The position numbers were made by a program, and so were the translations under genes. Positions 22,567-36,435 of a DNA stretch of 64,000 nt are shown in pieces (positions within the stretch are counted from its first letter, which is position 1; every line of letters starts with the position of its first letter). The notes beneath the pieces were generated by a model. That model did no database searches, was not told the DNA's origin, and was given only the letters and a program-made list of their open reading frames with translations. Origin of the DNA: Squalus acanthias (Eukaryota); NCBI GenBank assembly GCA_030390025.1, contig CM059433.1, positions 7,070,001 through 7,134,000 of the forward strand, in the 5' to 3' direction.

Positions 22567-24821
22567 GGGCTTTAAATTCGACTCCGTAGCGGGTGCTGTT
22601 TTGTGACAAAATGGCGTCCGTGCCGCACGCGCACACATCTGGTGCGTGCCGCGCTGAATGCCATCTTGGTAAGGGCGGTAGGCTGGTTGTTAGGAGCGTG
22701 CGCTGGAAGCTTGTTGAGTGGGCAGATCGTGACGTCAATCAGAGTGCAACGCTGATTTGATGCCAGCGCTGCCATTTTTGTCCTCAACACTGGGGCTAAC
22801 GCCCTATCTTAACCTCACACAGCTGATCATGCCTTCAGCAGCAGCAAGGGCAAACCATCGTCGATATTTAAAGGGATCAGGAAACATTCTAAAGTTAATT
22901 GCTGATTAATTTCTACTGGCTCTGTGTAGGTTTGTGAACGTGTTTGGAGCTTTCTAGAGTTGTTTAAAGTTGGTGAGGTGACGGGGAGTGGTGCTGCAAG
23001 TGGAGAAGGCCTTGCTTCTGACTTCAAGGGCTCTGGTCAGACAACTTGCTCCCAGTCATGGGTGCTGTAGCTTTCACCCCCCCTGGCCAGCAGCAGGACA
23101 GAGAGATGGAGCAGAGGCAGCAAAGAGGACAAGCTGCTCGCACATGGAGAGGGAGGGGGAGGGGGACAAGGGCTCTTAGCAGGAGGCCTTACCCACCTAT
23201 GGTCTTCCGAGAGCAATTCTCTTACCTCAGCCTGAGCCAGGAGCAGTGTGTGAGGCGTCTGCGCTTTACGAAGGAGGTGCTCACAGAACTCTGCCACCTC
23301 TTGTAACCAGAGCTGCAGCCTCACACCAGGGCAAGAACAGCGCTGCCAGTGGCTGTGAAGGTGTTCATAGCCCTGAATTTCATCGTGTTGGGATCCTTCC
23401 AGGCTGGAGCATTCGACATCTGTAACATCTCCCAGTTCGCCATCCACTGCTGCATAAGAGAGGTGAAAGACTCTCTTTACATCAGGTGAGGGAACTTCAT
23501 TGTCTTCTCTCTGATTGGAGAGAAGCAGGCGGAGCATGCACGTGGCTTTGCCAGGATAGCGGGCTTCCCTATGGCGCAGGGCGCCATCGACTGCACACGC
23601 GTGGTTTTATGGGTGCTGCATCAAAATGCTGAGAAGTACCGCAACCATAAAGCTTATCACTCGTTGAATGTGCAGTTGGTGTGCGACCATGCTCAGCACA
23701 TCATGATGGTGAATGCCCGGTATCCTGGCAGGAGTCACGATGCTTTTATTCTGTGCCAGTCCGCTGTTCCCTCAGTCTTTGAGCCACCACTACAAACCAG
23801 AGGGTGGCTACTGGGCAAGAAAGGCTATCCGCTGACCACCTGGCTCAGGACTCCGTTGCGCAACCCACGCACACGTTGGCAGCATGCGTACAACGAATGC
23901 CATTCCGCCACATGGAATCTGATAGAGCAGACCACTGGCATCCTTAAATTATTCTGCTATCTGGACCGCTCTGGAGGAGCCAAGAGCGCATGTCAGTGAG
24001 TGCGGTGCAATCTGTTTGGGCGATATGCCTGTCATGGTTGAATAGCTGGCAGTGTGTGCAAGCTGTGAGATGTGGGTGTGAGGCTTGCAGCAGTGGTAAG
24101 TGTGTGAGGGTGAGGTGAAGCTATGAATGTGAGATATGAGTCATGTTTAGTAGAGATTGTTGGTAGGTGAGTGATGGTGGTGTGGTGCATTGAGCAGTGT
24201 GTGAGGCTGGTGGTGCAGATGGTGGGATATGCCATTGGAAGATAAATTCACTGACCTTGACCACTCATGTGAGGTCATTAAACTTCTTCCTGCACTGAGT
24301 CCAGGTCCTCGGAGCTACACTGCTGGCATTCACCACAGCAGCTATCTGCTCCCATTGGATTTTACACATTTGCCTGAAGGGCCACCTGGCCCCCCTGTCG
24401 AAAGAGGACCTCTTTCCTGGAGTTGACCTCCTGCACCAAGGCCTCCACTGCTGCATCGGAGAACTTTGGTACACGCTGTCTCCCCTGTTGCTACATAATT
24501 GTTTTTTTTCCCTCTCACTCTCTTCCCCAGCCAGTTGAATGAGCTGCTGCAGGCAGAATGCACCTCCCCTTTAAGACATGCAGACTGCCTTTAAGAAGTG
24601 CAGGCTAACTTTAATTGGTGCTCGCCTCGGATGAACTTGGTCCCACTGCTGAGCGTTCAGCCACTCAGCAGCGCGTTCAGCACTGGGCTAAATGCCGCAA
24701 TCATGCTCAACAGCAACCAGCACAAAGTTAGTGTGCTGCCTGCATTCCTTTGAACGGGCACGGGTTGCAAGCCCATCGCGATCCCCGTGCCCGTTTTTGG
24801 GGGCAAACTAATTTCTAAGCC
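22567..24821. mobile_element. PIF/Harbinger copy 2 (internally deleted), inserted in a Deu-type SINE
   Basis: Imperfect TIRs GGGCTTTAAATT / AATTTCTAAGCC with ATT on both sides. The transposase is joined at ~23985 to intron 1/exon 1 (24256-24496, minus strand) of the Myb gene. The flanks rejoin as SINE sequence AAATATTGGC. Confidence 0.9.
23058..23981 (+). pseudogene. HARBI1-like transposase pseudogene (copy 2, 3'-truncated)
   Basis: CVRRLRFTKEVLTELCHLL, GAIDCTRV, HSLNVQLVCD, ARYPGRSHDAFIL, GWLLGKKGYPL; in-frame stops present. Confidence 0.92.
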
Positions 24822-25582
24822 ATTGGCTTTTTATTAAACCAGTGCCATGGGGTCTTTTACATTCACCTCAGCAGGTGAACAGGACCATCGATTAATATCT
24901 AATCCAAAAACCACTTCTCCGATAACGCAGCACTTCCTCAATACTCCAATGAAGTGTCGGCCTATGTAAATAGGTGAGCAGCCCGCTTGCTGGAAAAAAG
25001 AGGGTGGGAGAGTTTACATATGCAAATCGGAGTCCTATGCTGTTTGTGGGACCCCAATTGCAATTTTCAGACATAACTGGGCAGTCCAATGTTTGTAATT
25101 GGTAATTACCACTCATAAACCAAAGGAATTTGGAAATAGAGATATTTTGTTCTAATCTAATCATTTGGCCATAAGCATTATCTATATTAGCAGTGACTAT
25201 TTACACCTACTCGGGGCGGGGAGGGGAGGAACTAACCTGCGTGGTGGAATGGAGGCACTTGCTGGTGATAGATATATAAAACATGAAACAATGGGGGTAA
25301 CTTTCAACTTCAGCAGAGGCAGAAAACTGGCGGTATCAGATCAGCCGCCCATTACACGTCCCACCTGCTTTTCCTCTCCATTGACTATTGCGGTCTTCTG
25401 GAGTATGACTGGATTGCCTTGGGGAATCAGAGCGGAATTTCCACAGGTTTTTCCTGAGTTAGTCAGTTTTTTTCCCCAGACTTTTAAAAGGGGGTAATTT
25501 TAACCTTACTCGCTGGGCGGGAAACCCATGGGATCGGGTGGAACACCAGTTTTACACCCCGTCGAATCTTGCTCTCCATTGG

Positions 25583-26465
25583 GCAGTGTTCAGTGCCATT
25601 CGCAACTGCTCAGACAATGAAGCAGTCCGTGCCCATATGCAGCAAGACCTGGACGGCATTCAGGCTTGGGCTGATAAATGGCAAGTAACATTCACGCTAC
25701 ATAAGTGCCAGGCAAAGACTATCTCCAACAAGCGAGCGTCTAACCACCGCCCCTTGACATTCAATGGCATTACCATCGCTGAATCCCCCACCATCAGCAT
25801 CCTGGAGGTCACCATTGACCAGAAACTTAACTGGACCAGCCAGATAAATACTGTGGCTACAAGAGCAGGTCAGAGGCTGGGTATTCTGCAGCGACTGTCT
25901 CACCTCCTGACTCCCTAAAGCCTTTCCACCATCTACAAAACACAAGTGTGATGGAATACTTTCCACTTGCCTGGATGAGTGCAGCTCCAACAACACTCAA
26001 GAAGCTCAACACCATTCAGGACAAAGCAGCCCGCTTGATTGGTACCCCATCCACCACCTTAAACATTCACTCCCTCCACCGTGGCGTACCGTGGCTGCAG
26101 TGTGTACCATCTACAAGATGCACTGTAGCAACTCGCCAAGGCTTCTTTGGCAGCACTTCCCAAACCCGCGACCTCTACCACCTAGAAGGACAAGGGCAGC
26201 AGGCGCATGGGAACACCACCACCTCCAAGTTCTGCTCCAAGTCACACACCATCCTGACTTGGAAGTATATCGGCCGTTCCTTCATCATCACTGGCTCAAA
26301 ATCCTGGAACCCCCGTCGTAACTTCACTGTGGGAGCACCTTCACCACACGGACTGCAGCGGTTCAAGAAGGCGGCTCACCACCACCTTCTCAAGGGCAAT
26401 TAGGGATGGGCAATAAATGCTGGCCTTGCCAGTGATGCCCACATCCCAGGAACGAATAAAAAAAA
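25583..26465 (+). mobile_element. CR1-clade LINE 3' fragment ('HHHLLKGN' family)
   Basis: MQQDLDGIQAWADKWQVTF...KKAAHHHLLKGN, A-rich end. Confidence 0.9.
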
Positions 26466-26600
26466 CCTAAATATCAATGAATAAATGGTGCTGAAATAGC
26501 TAAGGATGAAGCTGAAAGCAACCTAGGAGTCTTGGCCGACAACACTAAACATATCCAACCAATGCAGAGCAGCAATCAATGAAGCCAACAGAAAGTTGAA

Positions 26601-29060
26601 TTTTTTTTTCTCTCTCTCACATGGCAACTGTCTTTCATTCTGCCATCGCCATTTACACTTCATCTAGAGTCATCTTTTGTTTCTTAACTTGTCCCACTAC
26701 CATCTCCTTTTGCCTTGCACCATCATCCCTTTTGTCTCTTAATCTCTTCTGCCTTCCACCCTATCACAGACCTTCCCGTTTGTTCTTTCCTCCCCTCCCC
26801 CTTTTCCCGGCCCCTACACTTGCTTAAAAACCTGTTAATGCACTGCCACTTCTCTGCTAAGAATGCCCACCTTGAAGAAGTTCTGCTCTTCTCTCCGATG
26901 GGATTTCTGTTTGTCTCTTTTACCTTGTTCATCTTCATTGCTTTCTGTTCCCCTTCTCGTGTTTGATCAGGTATCTACCAAAACTCGCTTTCACAACCAC
27001 ATATCTTTCCTCAGCAACTGTCTCCGGCTCCGACTTACTCCACGTGGATTCCAACTGAAATTCCACCCTTCATGTTTTGGATCCACCCAGGATTACAGAT
27101 ATCTCCAAGATATTCCGCGTTCCTCAAACCACTGCTCTCGCCGTATCCGGAGATCCACGCTGAATGCAATGCGCCGCCACATGAACACTCTCGACCTCTC
27201 TTCAGCAGCACCGACGCACTTTATCTCAAAGCTGTCCTGGTCCGCAATTCCATTTCATCCTTCGCCTCATCCGGCGCTTTAACAAAAAACTTTTTTTCTT
27301 CCTTTCAGGGGTCAAGGATCGCAAGCTTCAACAACTCTTGGACACCAACGCCCCTCTGGAACCTTCTTCCCCTTCACTTTCCTCTGACCCTATCCCTTCT
27401 TCCAATCTTACCCCCTGCCGTGTTTTCACTATCCCCTCTGACCTTTCCCTCTCTGACCATGAACGATCAGTCCTCGGCAAAGGCCTGAGCTTCATCCCCT
27501 TACGCCCCCACCTCAATGAATTTCGAGCTCGGCACGATGCTGAGCTCTTTTTCCACCGCCTTCGTCTCCGTGCCCACTTCTTTGGCCAGGAGTCTTCCCC
27601 CCACACAGCTGACCCTTTCTCCCGTTGTCAGAATTCTCGTTCTACCTGGACCCCTCCCTCTGGCCTCTTAACCTCTCTAGATCTTTTCATTGCAAACTGC
27701 CGGCGTGACATCGGCCGTCTCAATTTCTCTGCTCCTCTCACTCACTCCAACCTACCTCCCTCTGAACTTGCAGCACTCCATTCTCTCAGATCCAACCCCA
27801 ACATTGTCATTAAACCTGCTGACAAGGGTGGTGCTGTTGTTGTTTGGCGAACTGACCTCTACCTAGCGGAAGCTGAACGCCAACTCTCCGACGCCTCCTC
27901 CTACCTCTGCCTGGACCATGACCCCACTACCAAACATCAAGCCACCGTTTCCAAGACCGTCACTGACCTCATCTCCTCTGGAGATCTTCCCTCCACGGCT
28001 GCCAACCTCCTAGTCCCCCCAGCCCGCTTCTACCTCCTTCCTTATCGCTTGCTATCTTGACTCTATTTTTTCTACCCTTGTCCAGTCTCTTCCTACTTAC
28101 ATTTGTGACTCTTCCGATGCCCTCCGCCACTTTAACAGTTTCCAGTTTCCTGGCCCCAACCGTCTCCTTTTCACTATGGATGTCCAATCCCTCTACACCT
28201 CCATCCCCCACCAGGATGGCCTGAGGGCGCTCCGCTTCTTCCTTGAACAGAGGCCCAACCAGTCCCCATCCACCACCACCCTCCTCCGCCTGGCTGAACT
28301 TGTTCTCACATTGAACAACTTCTCCTTTGTCTCCACTCACTTCCTCCAAATTAAAGGTGTTGCTATGGGAACCCGCATGGATCCTAGCTATGCCTGCCTT
28401 TTCGTGGGATATGTGGAACATTTTTTGTTCCAGTCCTACTCAGGTCCCTTCCTCACCTCTTTTTCCGGTACATTGTTGACTGTATCGGTGCTGTTTCCTG
28501 CTCTCGCCCTGAACTAGAAGATTTCATTCACTTTGCTTCCAATTTCCACCCTTCCCTCACCTTCACATGGTCCATCTCCGACTCTTCCCTTCCCTTCCCT
28601 TCCTCGACTTCTCTGTCTCCATCTCTGGGGATAAGCTATTGACAAACATTCACTACAAGCCGACTGACTCCCACAGCTACCTGGACTACACTTCCTCCCA
28701 CCCCGCTTCCTATAAGGACTCTATTCCATTCTCCCAGTTTCTCCATCTCCGCTGCATCTGTTCTGACGATGCCACCTTCCATACTAGTGCTTCCGACATG
28801 TCTTCCTTTTTCCTCAACCGAAGATTCCCCTCCACTGTGGTTGACACGGTCCTTGACCATGTCCATTCTATTTCCCGCACTTCTGCTCTCACTCCTTCCC
28901 CTCCCTCCCGGAACCACGATAGGGTTCCCCTTGTCCTCACCTTTCACCCCACCAGCCTCCACATTCAATGGATCATCCTCCGCCATTTCCGCCACCTCCA
29001 GCGTGATCCCACCACCAAACACATCTTCCCCTCACCTCCCCTTTCAGCATTGTGCTTTTG
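26601..29060 (+). mobile_element. Penelope-like retroelement, decayed RT ORF, inserted in an old CR1
   Basis: IVIKPADKGGAVVVW, MDVQSLYTSIPH, QIKGVAMGTRM, FRYI(V)D, FLDFSVSI...YKPTDSHSYLDYTSSHP, RVPLVLTFHP. Flanked by AGAA(A/T)GTTGAA (26590-26600, 29063-29073). Confidence 0.92.
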
Positions 29061-29062
29061 TA

Positions 29063-29680
29063 AGAATGTTGAACTACATAGTCACAACAGTAGAATATAA
29101 ATCAGAAGGAGTTGTGATCAAATTTTATCGTGTTCTGTTCAGACTGCAGCTTGAATCTCTCATCCAGATCTGATCAATATGACACGTGGGAGTCATTCAA
29201 GCACTGGAGGCACTGTAGAGAAGAGCCACAAGTCTGATCTTCAGTGTCAGGGTTCTGAGTTATGAGGAAAGACTATCGAAGATTTGAGCCTTTCAGCCTC
29301 GTAAGGAAGCATCTGAGAGGTGATCCTATGGATTTGTAAGATAATGGAAAGAAAACAGAATATTACTTTGAATTAAATTTCAATTGTATAAGAAGGGGAC
29401 ACTGGCTGAAACTAGTAAAAGGTAAATTTAGGACTGATATTGGGAAATTATTCTTCACACAAAGAATGACCAACATAAACTTTCAGATCGAGTAGTAGAG
29501 CAACCTAGGAGTCTTGGCAGACAACACTAAACATATCCAACCAATGCAGAGCCTGTAATCATTTAAGAAGCAACTGGGTGCTACAATGAGGGGACTTGAG
29601 AATCTTTCTGGATGGATGCATTAAGCTGCACTTACTGGCTTTCTTCATCTGTAACTATCTTCTGATCTTGTGAATATTTG
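29063..29680 (+). mobile_element. Old CR1 3' fragment (continues from 26470-26600)
   Basis: Degenerate AINEANR/MLNYI..TVEYKS..VVIKFYRVLFRLQLE and FFTQRM motifs. Confidence 0.7.
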
Positions 29681-30647
29681 CACGTGCTGGGGGACATTAA
29701 GACACGATTAACCCTGATGTCAAAGATTATTGGCGCTGCTGTTGACTTTCAACTTCACATTTTAGTAACATTTCTATACTCATGGTTTGAAGTAACTTAC
29801 AATCTCAAGCGGGTGAAATTGTGATATTAGCTTGCAAATGCTTCACTGGCTTGTCTTAAGTCTGTTCCCACGTTTAGTAAAATAGTAGACTGAGGAAATT
29901 TGCACAAATGCTAATATTGCACAGCAGGATTGCACCTCAAAGATGTTTAAATATTTTAGTCATATTTTTATATAATAATAAGTGTATTATCTTTTTGTGT
30001 TTTTTACACGAGATATTCTGCTTGGATTCAGTGTCACAGGCCACTCCTTTACGTGAATGTTCCAGCCCTCTTGAACCAAAGTGTGCCTATACCTGCTCAA
30101 TATCTAGTAATGCCAATATCTATGTAATGAGATCCAGCAGTCACAAACCAGGAACTCTTGTCACTCTAGTCGGCTTACTGGAATATATCACAAGCTGCCC
30201 TGTGATCACCCTAACTTCAGAAGAATATACATTCAATTAGACCGTACCACAGGCTATAATCCAACAGACAAATGTACTTAACAATAAACATTAAATGATC
30301 AGTATACTTACAGTGATTACACATTCTATTAATCTCCTCAAAAAGTCAAACAAAGACGTTTCTCCTACGCTAATTCTCAACATAAAATTTGATCCTTGAA
30401 AAAGGGTTGCTCACTTTTAACATGGTGAAATGCAACCACTTTTCATATGATTAGCTCAGTCTCTCTGCTGACTTTGACTGTTGAGCTGAGTGCAGGAGTC
30501 TAAATATAAATCCACAATAATATGTCCCTGGCTACAGGAGCTTTCCTTCAAAGGAACAACAAAGAATCATGGCTTTGCCCCTCACAGACTTGACTCATGA
30601 TTTCATCTCAGATACAGCAGTCAACTAACTAACTGTTGAGTTAGTTG

Positions 30648-30780
30648 AATTCTGACGAAAGGTCTTCGACCTGAAACGTTAACTCTGTTTCTCTCTCCAC
30701 GGATGCTGCCTGGCCTGCTGAGTTTTTCCAGCATTTTCAGTTGTTATTTCAGATTTCCAGCATCCGCAGTATTTTGCTAT
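30648..30780 (+). mobile_element. Short PLE terminal fragment starting with a family-B hammerhead motif (30648-30684)
   Basis: CTGACGA-A-AGGTC(TTC)GACCT-GAAA-CG-TT-AACTC, then CTCTCTCCACGGATGCTGCCTGGCCTGCTGAG, matching 44745-44835. Confidence 0.75.
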
Positions 30781-30829
30781 TGTGTTGAGTCAACTAAACC
30801 TATTACTTTGAAAAACGCTGCAGAATCAT

Positions 30830-31410
30830 ACTGGCGAGTGTCTCATCTCCTGACTCCCCAAAGCCTTTCCACCATCTACAAGGCACAAGTAAGGAGTGTG
30901 ATGGAATACTCTCCACTTGCCTGGATGAGTGCAGCTCCAACAACACTCAAGAAGCTCGACTCCATCCAGGACAAAGCAACCCGCTTGATTGGCACCCCAC
31001 CCACCACCTTAAACATTCACTCCCTCCACCACCGGCGTACTGTGGCTGCAGTGTGTACCATCGACAAGATGCACTGCAGCAACTCGCCAAGGCTTCTTCG
31101 ACAGCACCTCCCAAACCCGCGACCTCTTCCACCTCGAAGGACAAGAGCAGCAGGCGCATGGGAACACCACCACCTCTAAGTTCCCCTCCAAGTCACACAC
31201 CATCCTGACTTGGAAGTATATCGCCGATCCTTCATCGTCGCTGGGTCAAAATCCTGGAACTCCCTCCCTTACAGCACTGTGGGAGTACCTTCACCACACG
31301 GACTGCAGCGGTTCAAGAAGGCGGCTCAGCACCACCTTCTCAAGGGCATTTAGGGATGGGCAATAAATACTTAGCCTTGCCAGCGACGCCCACATCCCAT
31401 ATACGAATTT
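30830..31410 (+). mobile_element. CR1-clade LINE 3' fragment ('HHHLLKGN' family)
   Basis: IYKAQVRSVMEYSPLAW...YKMHCSN-like sequence, same family as 36772-38177. Confidence 0.9.
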
Positions 31411-31419
31411 CTTTTTTAA

Positions 31420-32700
31420 ATGACGTGTGAAGTCATCCACTTTGGATCTAAGAAAGACAAATTGGAATATTTTATTAATGTTGAGAAACTAGGAGGAGCA
31501 AAGGGATTTGGATGTCCAGGTACACAAATCACTAAAAGCTGGTGCACAAGTACAAAAACTAATCAAAAAGGCCAATGGAATGTTGGCCTTTACCTCAAGG
31601 GGGCTGGAATACAAAGGACAGGAAGTTATGCTTCGTTTGTTCAGAAACTTGGTCAGATCCACCCCCCCCACCCCGGAGTACTGCTTTCAGTTTTGGGCAC
31701 TGCACCTGAGGAAGGATATATTGGCCTTGGAAGAGGGTACAGTGCAGATTCACCAGAATAATACTGGGGCTTAGAGGGTTAAAATTATGAGGACAGGTTG
31801 CATAAACTTGACTTGTATTCCCTTGAATTTAGACGGTTGAGGGGAGATCTAACCGAGGTCTTAAAAATGATAAAGAGATTCGATAGGGTAGATACAGAGA
31901 AGCTATTTCTTCTGGTGGGGGAGTCAGGGACAAGGGGACATAATCTTAAAATTAGAGCCAGGCCATTCAGGAGTGAAATCAGGAAGCACTTTTTCACACA
32001 AAGGGTGGTAGAAATTTGGAACTCTCTCCCCCAAAAGGGTGTGGATGCTGGGACAATTGAAACTTTCAGGACTGGGATCGATTTTTGTTAGGTAAGGGTA
32101 GGAAGATAGCTCTAATTTTAAGATTATGTCCCTTTGTTCTTGACTCCCCCATGAGAGGATATAGTTTCCCCGTATCTACCCTATCAAATCCTGCTAACAT
32201 TTTAAACACCTCGATCAGATCACCCCTCAATCTTCTAAACTCAAGGGAATACAAGTTAAGTTTATGCAACCTGTCCTCATAATGTGAACCTCTAAGCCCC
32301 CATATCATACTGGTGAATTTGCGTTGTAACCCCCCGCCCCCCCACCCCGCCCTCCAAGACCAATATATTCTTCCTGAGGTGCCCAAAACTGAACGCAGTA
32401 CTCCAGAGAGGGGGGGTCTGACCAAATAAAGCTTAACTTCCTCCCCTTTGTATTTCAATTCATTAAATATATTCAAGAAGGAGTTAGATATATTTCTTAA
32501 AACTAAAGGGATCAAGGGATATGGAGAGAAGGCAGGGACAGGGTACTGAATTTGGATGATCAGCCATGATCTCATTGAATGGCGGAGCAGGCTCGAGGGG
32601 CTGAATGGCCTACTCCTGCTCCTATCTTCTATGTTTCTATGTTTCCAGCCCCCTGGAGATAAAGGCCAACGCTCCATTAGCCTTTTTCATTGCTTTGCCA
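31420..32700. mobile_element. Cluster of CR1 fragments: + (31420-32100), - (32105-32455 and 32645-32700), nested + tail (32457-32645)
   Basis: LYSLEFRRLRGDL motifs on both strands; CTATGTTT tail at ~32630. Confidence 0.85.
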
Positions 32701-34325
32701 TCAGTGGCAGCACACTGCAAACCGCAGGAAATATACAGTGACACTATTCCATTCAGGAAGCTCCAGACAATTAGTTTTACTATAGTTATTGGTTCTGTTT
32801 GCAGACAAATACAAATTAATAGTCTGAATGTACACGGTCTATAATAATTCACCTGGGTCCTCTCACTCACCTGGCACTGACAAAGAAAAAGAGCTGATTT
32901 GTGATGGACAACACTACATTTGACTTTCAGTAACTCGTTAGAAATGGGCATGTTCAATCGAGACACTGGTTCTGTTTTCCCTTCACGGCAAATATTTAAC
33001 CGAAAGCCTGGAGCAGTGAAATGTGACATTTTTCAAATATATATATACATATGGTTATGGCCTTTGTTGGTGACATCCAATTTTCATTTTCAAGAGACAG
33101 GAGCACTACTTCAATATTATAATTAAAATCAATATTATTAAATACATAAACACCTTAATCTAAGTGGGTCATTAATACGGCTCAAATCAAAATGCTCAAG
33201 CAATGGCTGCACAGACTGTTTGCAAAGCCTAGATTTCTGACTGCGGCTGTTGATCCTTTTGACTGGCTCAATCAAAAGCAGAATGATGTTTCGGGGTCCA
33301 GATGGCAGTCAACTACTGAAGTTAGGTGCTACCCTGCCTGGACATGGCTTGGCTTAAAAACCCAGAGGTCCTGGAAGGAGATGAGGAAGAAGTATAATGG
33401 CCAGAAGATGGCTACTAAGTTAAAATAAAAATGGAACTCCAAATGCTGCAAGCTTTAATATGGAATGTAATATTTGAATATGACAGCTTATGGCATTCCA
33501 AATTTATACAACAAGACTTAATCTTGTACTGACACAGATATAAAACTGGGCGTGGAAAAGTTGAAGGTTTTTTTTTAAAAAGTGATCCATCACATTTGCT
33601 TTGTGCAGGAAAGCTAATGCAGTGTTCCATGAGTCTTGCTGAACTGATCCTGCCATCTCTATTGATGCCACATTTCCAAAAAAAAAACGGCATTTAATTC
33701 AAGGATCAGAGTGCCACAGAATGACACCCCAACACACTGAAGATCCTGGTAGCTTTGGACAAAGGCCTCCAAGAACATGGAAACCATCAAAATTACTCAT
33801 TTGAGGAGGTGGGAAGAAGGCGCAGACCAGATGGCATCTGCAAAATTCATGTTCATAGCTCACCATTTACAAATGTTTCTCAGACTAAGTGAAACAGTTA
33901 TACCAGTTAATTATATTCAAAGTCAATTGGAGAGGTGTGATTATGTATTCATAAATGCACTTCTGTTCTTTTCAAAGACGATGGCGTAGAACCTAATGGT
34001 CTACAGCAGGAAGCAGAGCAGCACCATACATCAGAGCACCCAGTATCACCCCTCACTACACTACACTAAGTGCCAGTCCATAATCTAGCATTTCAAGACA
34101 CAGTGGGGTTGATTTTGGTCTCCCAGTGGGGAAACCGGTGGAAGGTGGGTGTGGCGAGAGTAACAGCCGCCAAGAGGAATCGGCGGGGCACCCATCCCAG
34201 CTTGTGGGTCATCCCTCACTTGAATAGTTGAGGTATATAGACAGAACCCTGAAATTCCATTGGGATTCTTCAGGTCTCCCACTGTGACACCAATGGAGAC
34301 TGGCGGTAACCCCTAAAAAGATAAT

Positions 34326-35088
34326 GGCCCCAAAATTCGGCTGAATACGGGAGAGTACGCACTGTGCACTCTCGCGTATTCAGTCCCGAAGTGCCGGTTT
34401 TCTGCATGCACTGCGCATGCGCGGGAAACCGGCACTTCGGGTATGGCGAAGGGGGCGGTTCCTAAGTGAACCGTGTATGCACTACAGGCTGTGCGCACGC
34501 AGCGCACTTAGGTTTTTTTTCAGGTTTCAACGCGAAGGTAAGTATAGAAGATTTTACACATGAAGAAAGGAGGCGTAAGACCCCCTTTTAACAAGGTAAG
34601 TAGTTAATTAAGTATTATTTAAAAAAAATTTCAACAGGTTTATCTTTTTTAGAGACTTTAAAGAAAGGTAAGTTTATTTTTATAACTTTTAAAAAGAATT
34701 TAAATTTTTTCAAAAATTAAAATTTTTGTTTAAAGTGGTTAATTTATTTAACTATAGTTATTTTATTAATGTGATGGTTTTTTTTAAAATTTATTTGAGG
34801 TTTAGCTGTTCTTTTGGGGGCAATTTGTATTCATAGTTTTGACAGTTCTCCTGTCAAAGCTATGAATGAAAGATGGTGTGCTGCCATTGGCTCTCCATGC
34901 CCCACGTGATCCAGAGGTCGCATCGAACTAACTGCGCCCCTGGGTCACGCACACACTGCGCGCCGGCACCAGGGAGAGGTCCAGGAGCTGAAGTTCGTGT
35001 GGGCCCGAAACACAACGGCCGGCGCGGAGTGTGATATCGCGGGGGATCCTTACCCCCGCAGCAAGACTCAGAGTCAAATTTCTGGGCC
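34326..35088. mobile_element. Harbinger-type MITE related to 20358-21119 (opposite orientation)
   Basis: Ends GGCCCCAAAATT / AATTTCTGGGCC. Shares the GAAGTGCCGGTTTTC...GCGCATGC...GAAACCGGCACTTC and TTTGACAG..CTGTCAAA palindromes and the AT-rich core. Confidence 0.8.
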
Positions 35089-36217
35089 GATGAGACCCGT
35101 GGATTACAGAGGTCTCTGCCATTGTTTCGTGAGGTTTTGCTGGCCTTCCACCAAAATTATGGCAAGAAACCAGGAGAACCCCCACAGAATTTCAGGGCCA
35201 CTGCTTTTTCACTTCTTGACATTTCTGTTTTCCAGTCATGATAGGAGTGTCACTTATCTCAAATTAGTGAAAAAGAGAGACAAGAGGCTTCAGCAGGATG
35301 ATAAGATTAAATCATTAGCCATAGCATGTCTATGAGGTAGAAAATGACCGAACCATGCAAGTAGTTCAAGTGAGAACACCACAGTACAAGTGAGAATGCC
35401 AGGCCAGGCCAGGCCAGGCGCACATTTACCATAGCCTCTCAATTGTAGAATGCAAAAGTAGGATTATTTTGGCCAGAATTTGCCAGGTGTTTAAGTTATT
35501 TAGATTAATAGGTTGTGAAAATTGTTTTACTTGTTATATTATTTAAATAATTAGCTTGTTTCGGCTGCCTTGTGACTATGGTCTCTGTCTCCATCTGTGT
35601 TATAGACGTTTGAGATCGAACATAATCCACTCTATAAAGCCTTCCACTCAGAGACAGCTGTGTTCCATATAAAGGGAAATCCACCCAAAGCACTGAGAAT
35701 ATAAAAAGGTTTGTTTGCAAATGTACAGAAAAAGTCTGATCATGAGCTGAGAACATTGTACCTGTAGGTGGTGAAACACAATATAAAATTGAGGCATATT
35801 ATAGTTGTAGTTTATATTGCTCTGCCAGTGAAGGGTGTGGATGTTGACATACTCTTTGAACCCTGATTTCCTCTTTACGCAACAGAATAAAGTAATACTT
35901 TAAGCGGGAAAGCAAAGAGAGAAGTAAGGAGGAGGACTGGTGGAGTCTCAAAGACGTGTACGTCAAATCGCTCAGAGAAATGATCTGCTATGACAACCAG
36001 ACCCTATGGTATTGCAAAACATGTTGCAATGTGCTTATATACCTATACGCATAAAGAAAGAAGGACTTGCACTTATATAGTTCCTTTTGTGACCTCAGGA
36101 CTTCCCAAAGCACTCTACAGCCAACAAAATCATTCTTTGAAGTTTAGTCACTATTGTAATGTAGGAAATGGGGCAGCCAATTTGTGCACAGCAAGATCCC
36201 ACAAACAGCAATGTGAT

Positions 36218-36435
36218 TGCCGTAAGAAAACTACTAGGCACTTGGTCTAAGCGTTAAACAAAGCTTTAATCAATTGTTTTTCAACATGGAGATCTAGTTG
36301 TGTCCTTTACTAGTTCCTGTTGAGGAATGTCCTAAGCAAGCTGGGCCCATGCCCGAGTATTTATACTCTCCCTGGACAGTGCCACCAGCAGGCCGCCCAG
36401 TATTATTTCATACATGAATGACAAGATTCATGTCA
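36218..36435 (-). mobile_element. Solo LTR (218 bp) inserted in a Deu-type SINE (36052-36510)
   Basis: TG...CA termini, exact 5-bp TSD GTGAT, minus-strand TATAAATA upstream of ATTAAA. Removing it restores CAGCAATGTGATAATGACCAGATAATC as seen in the SINE at ~43263. Confidence 0.8.
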
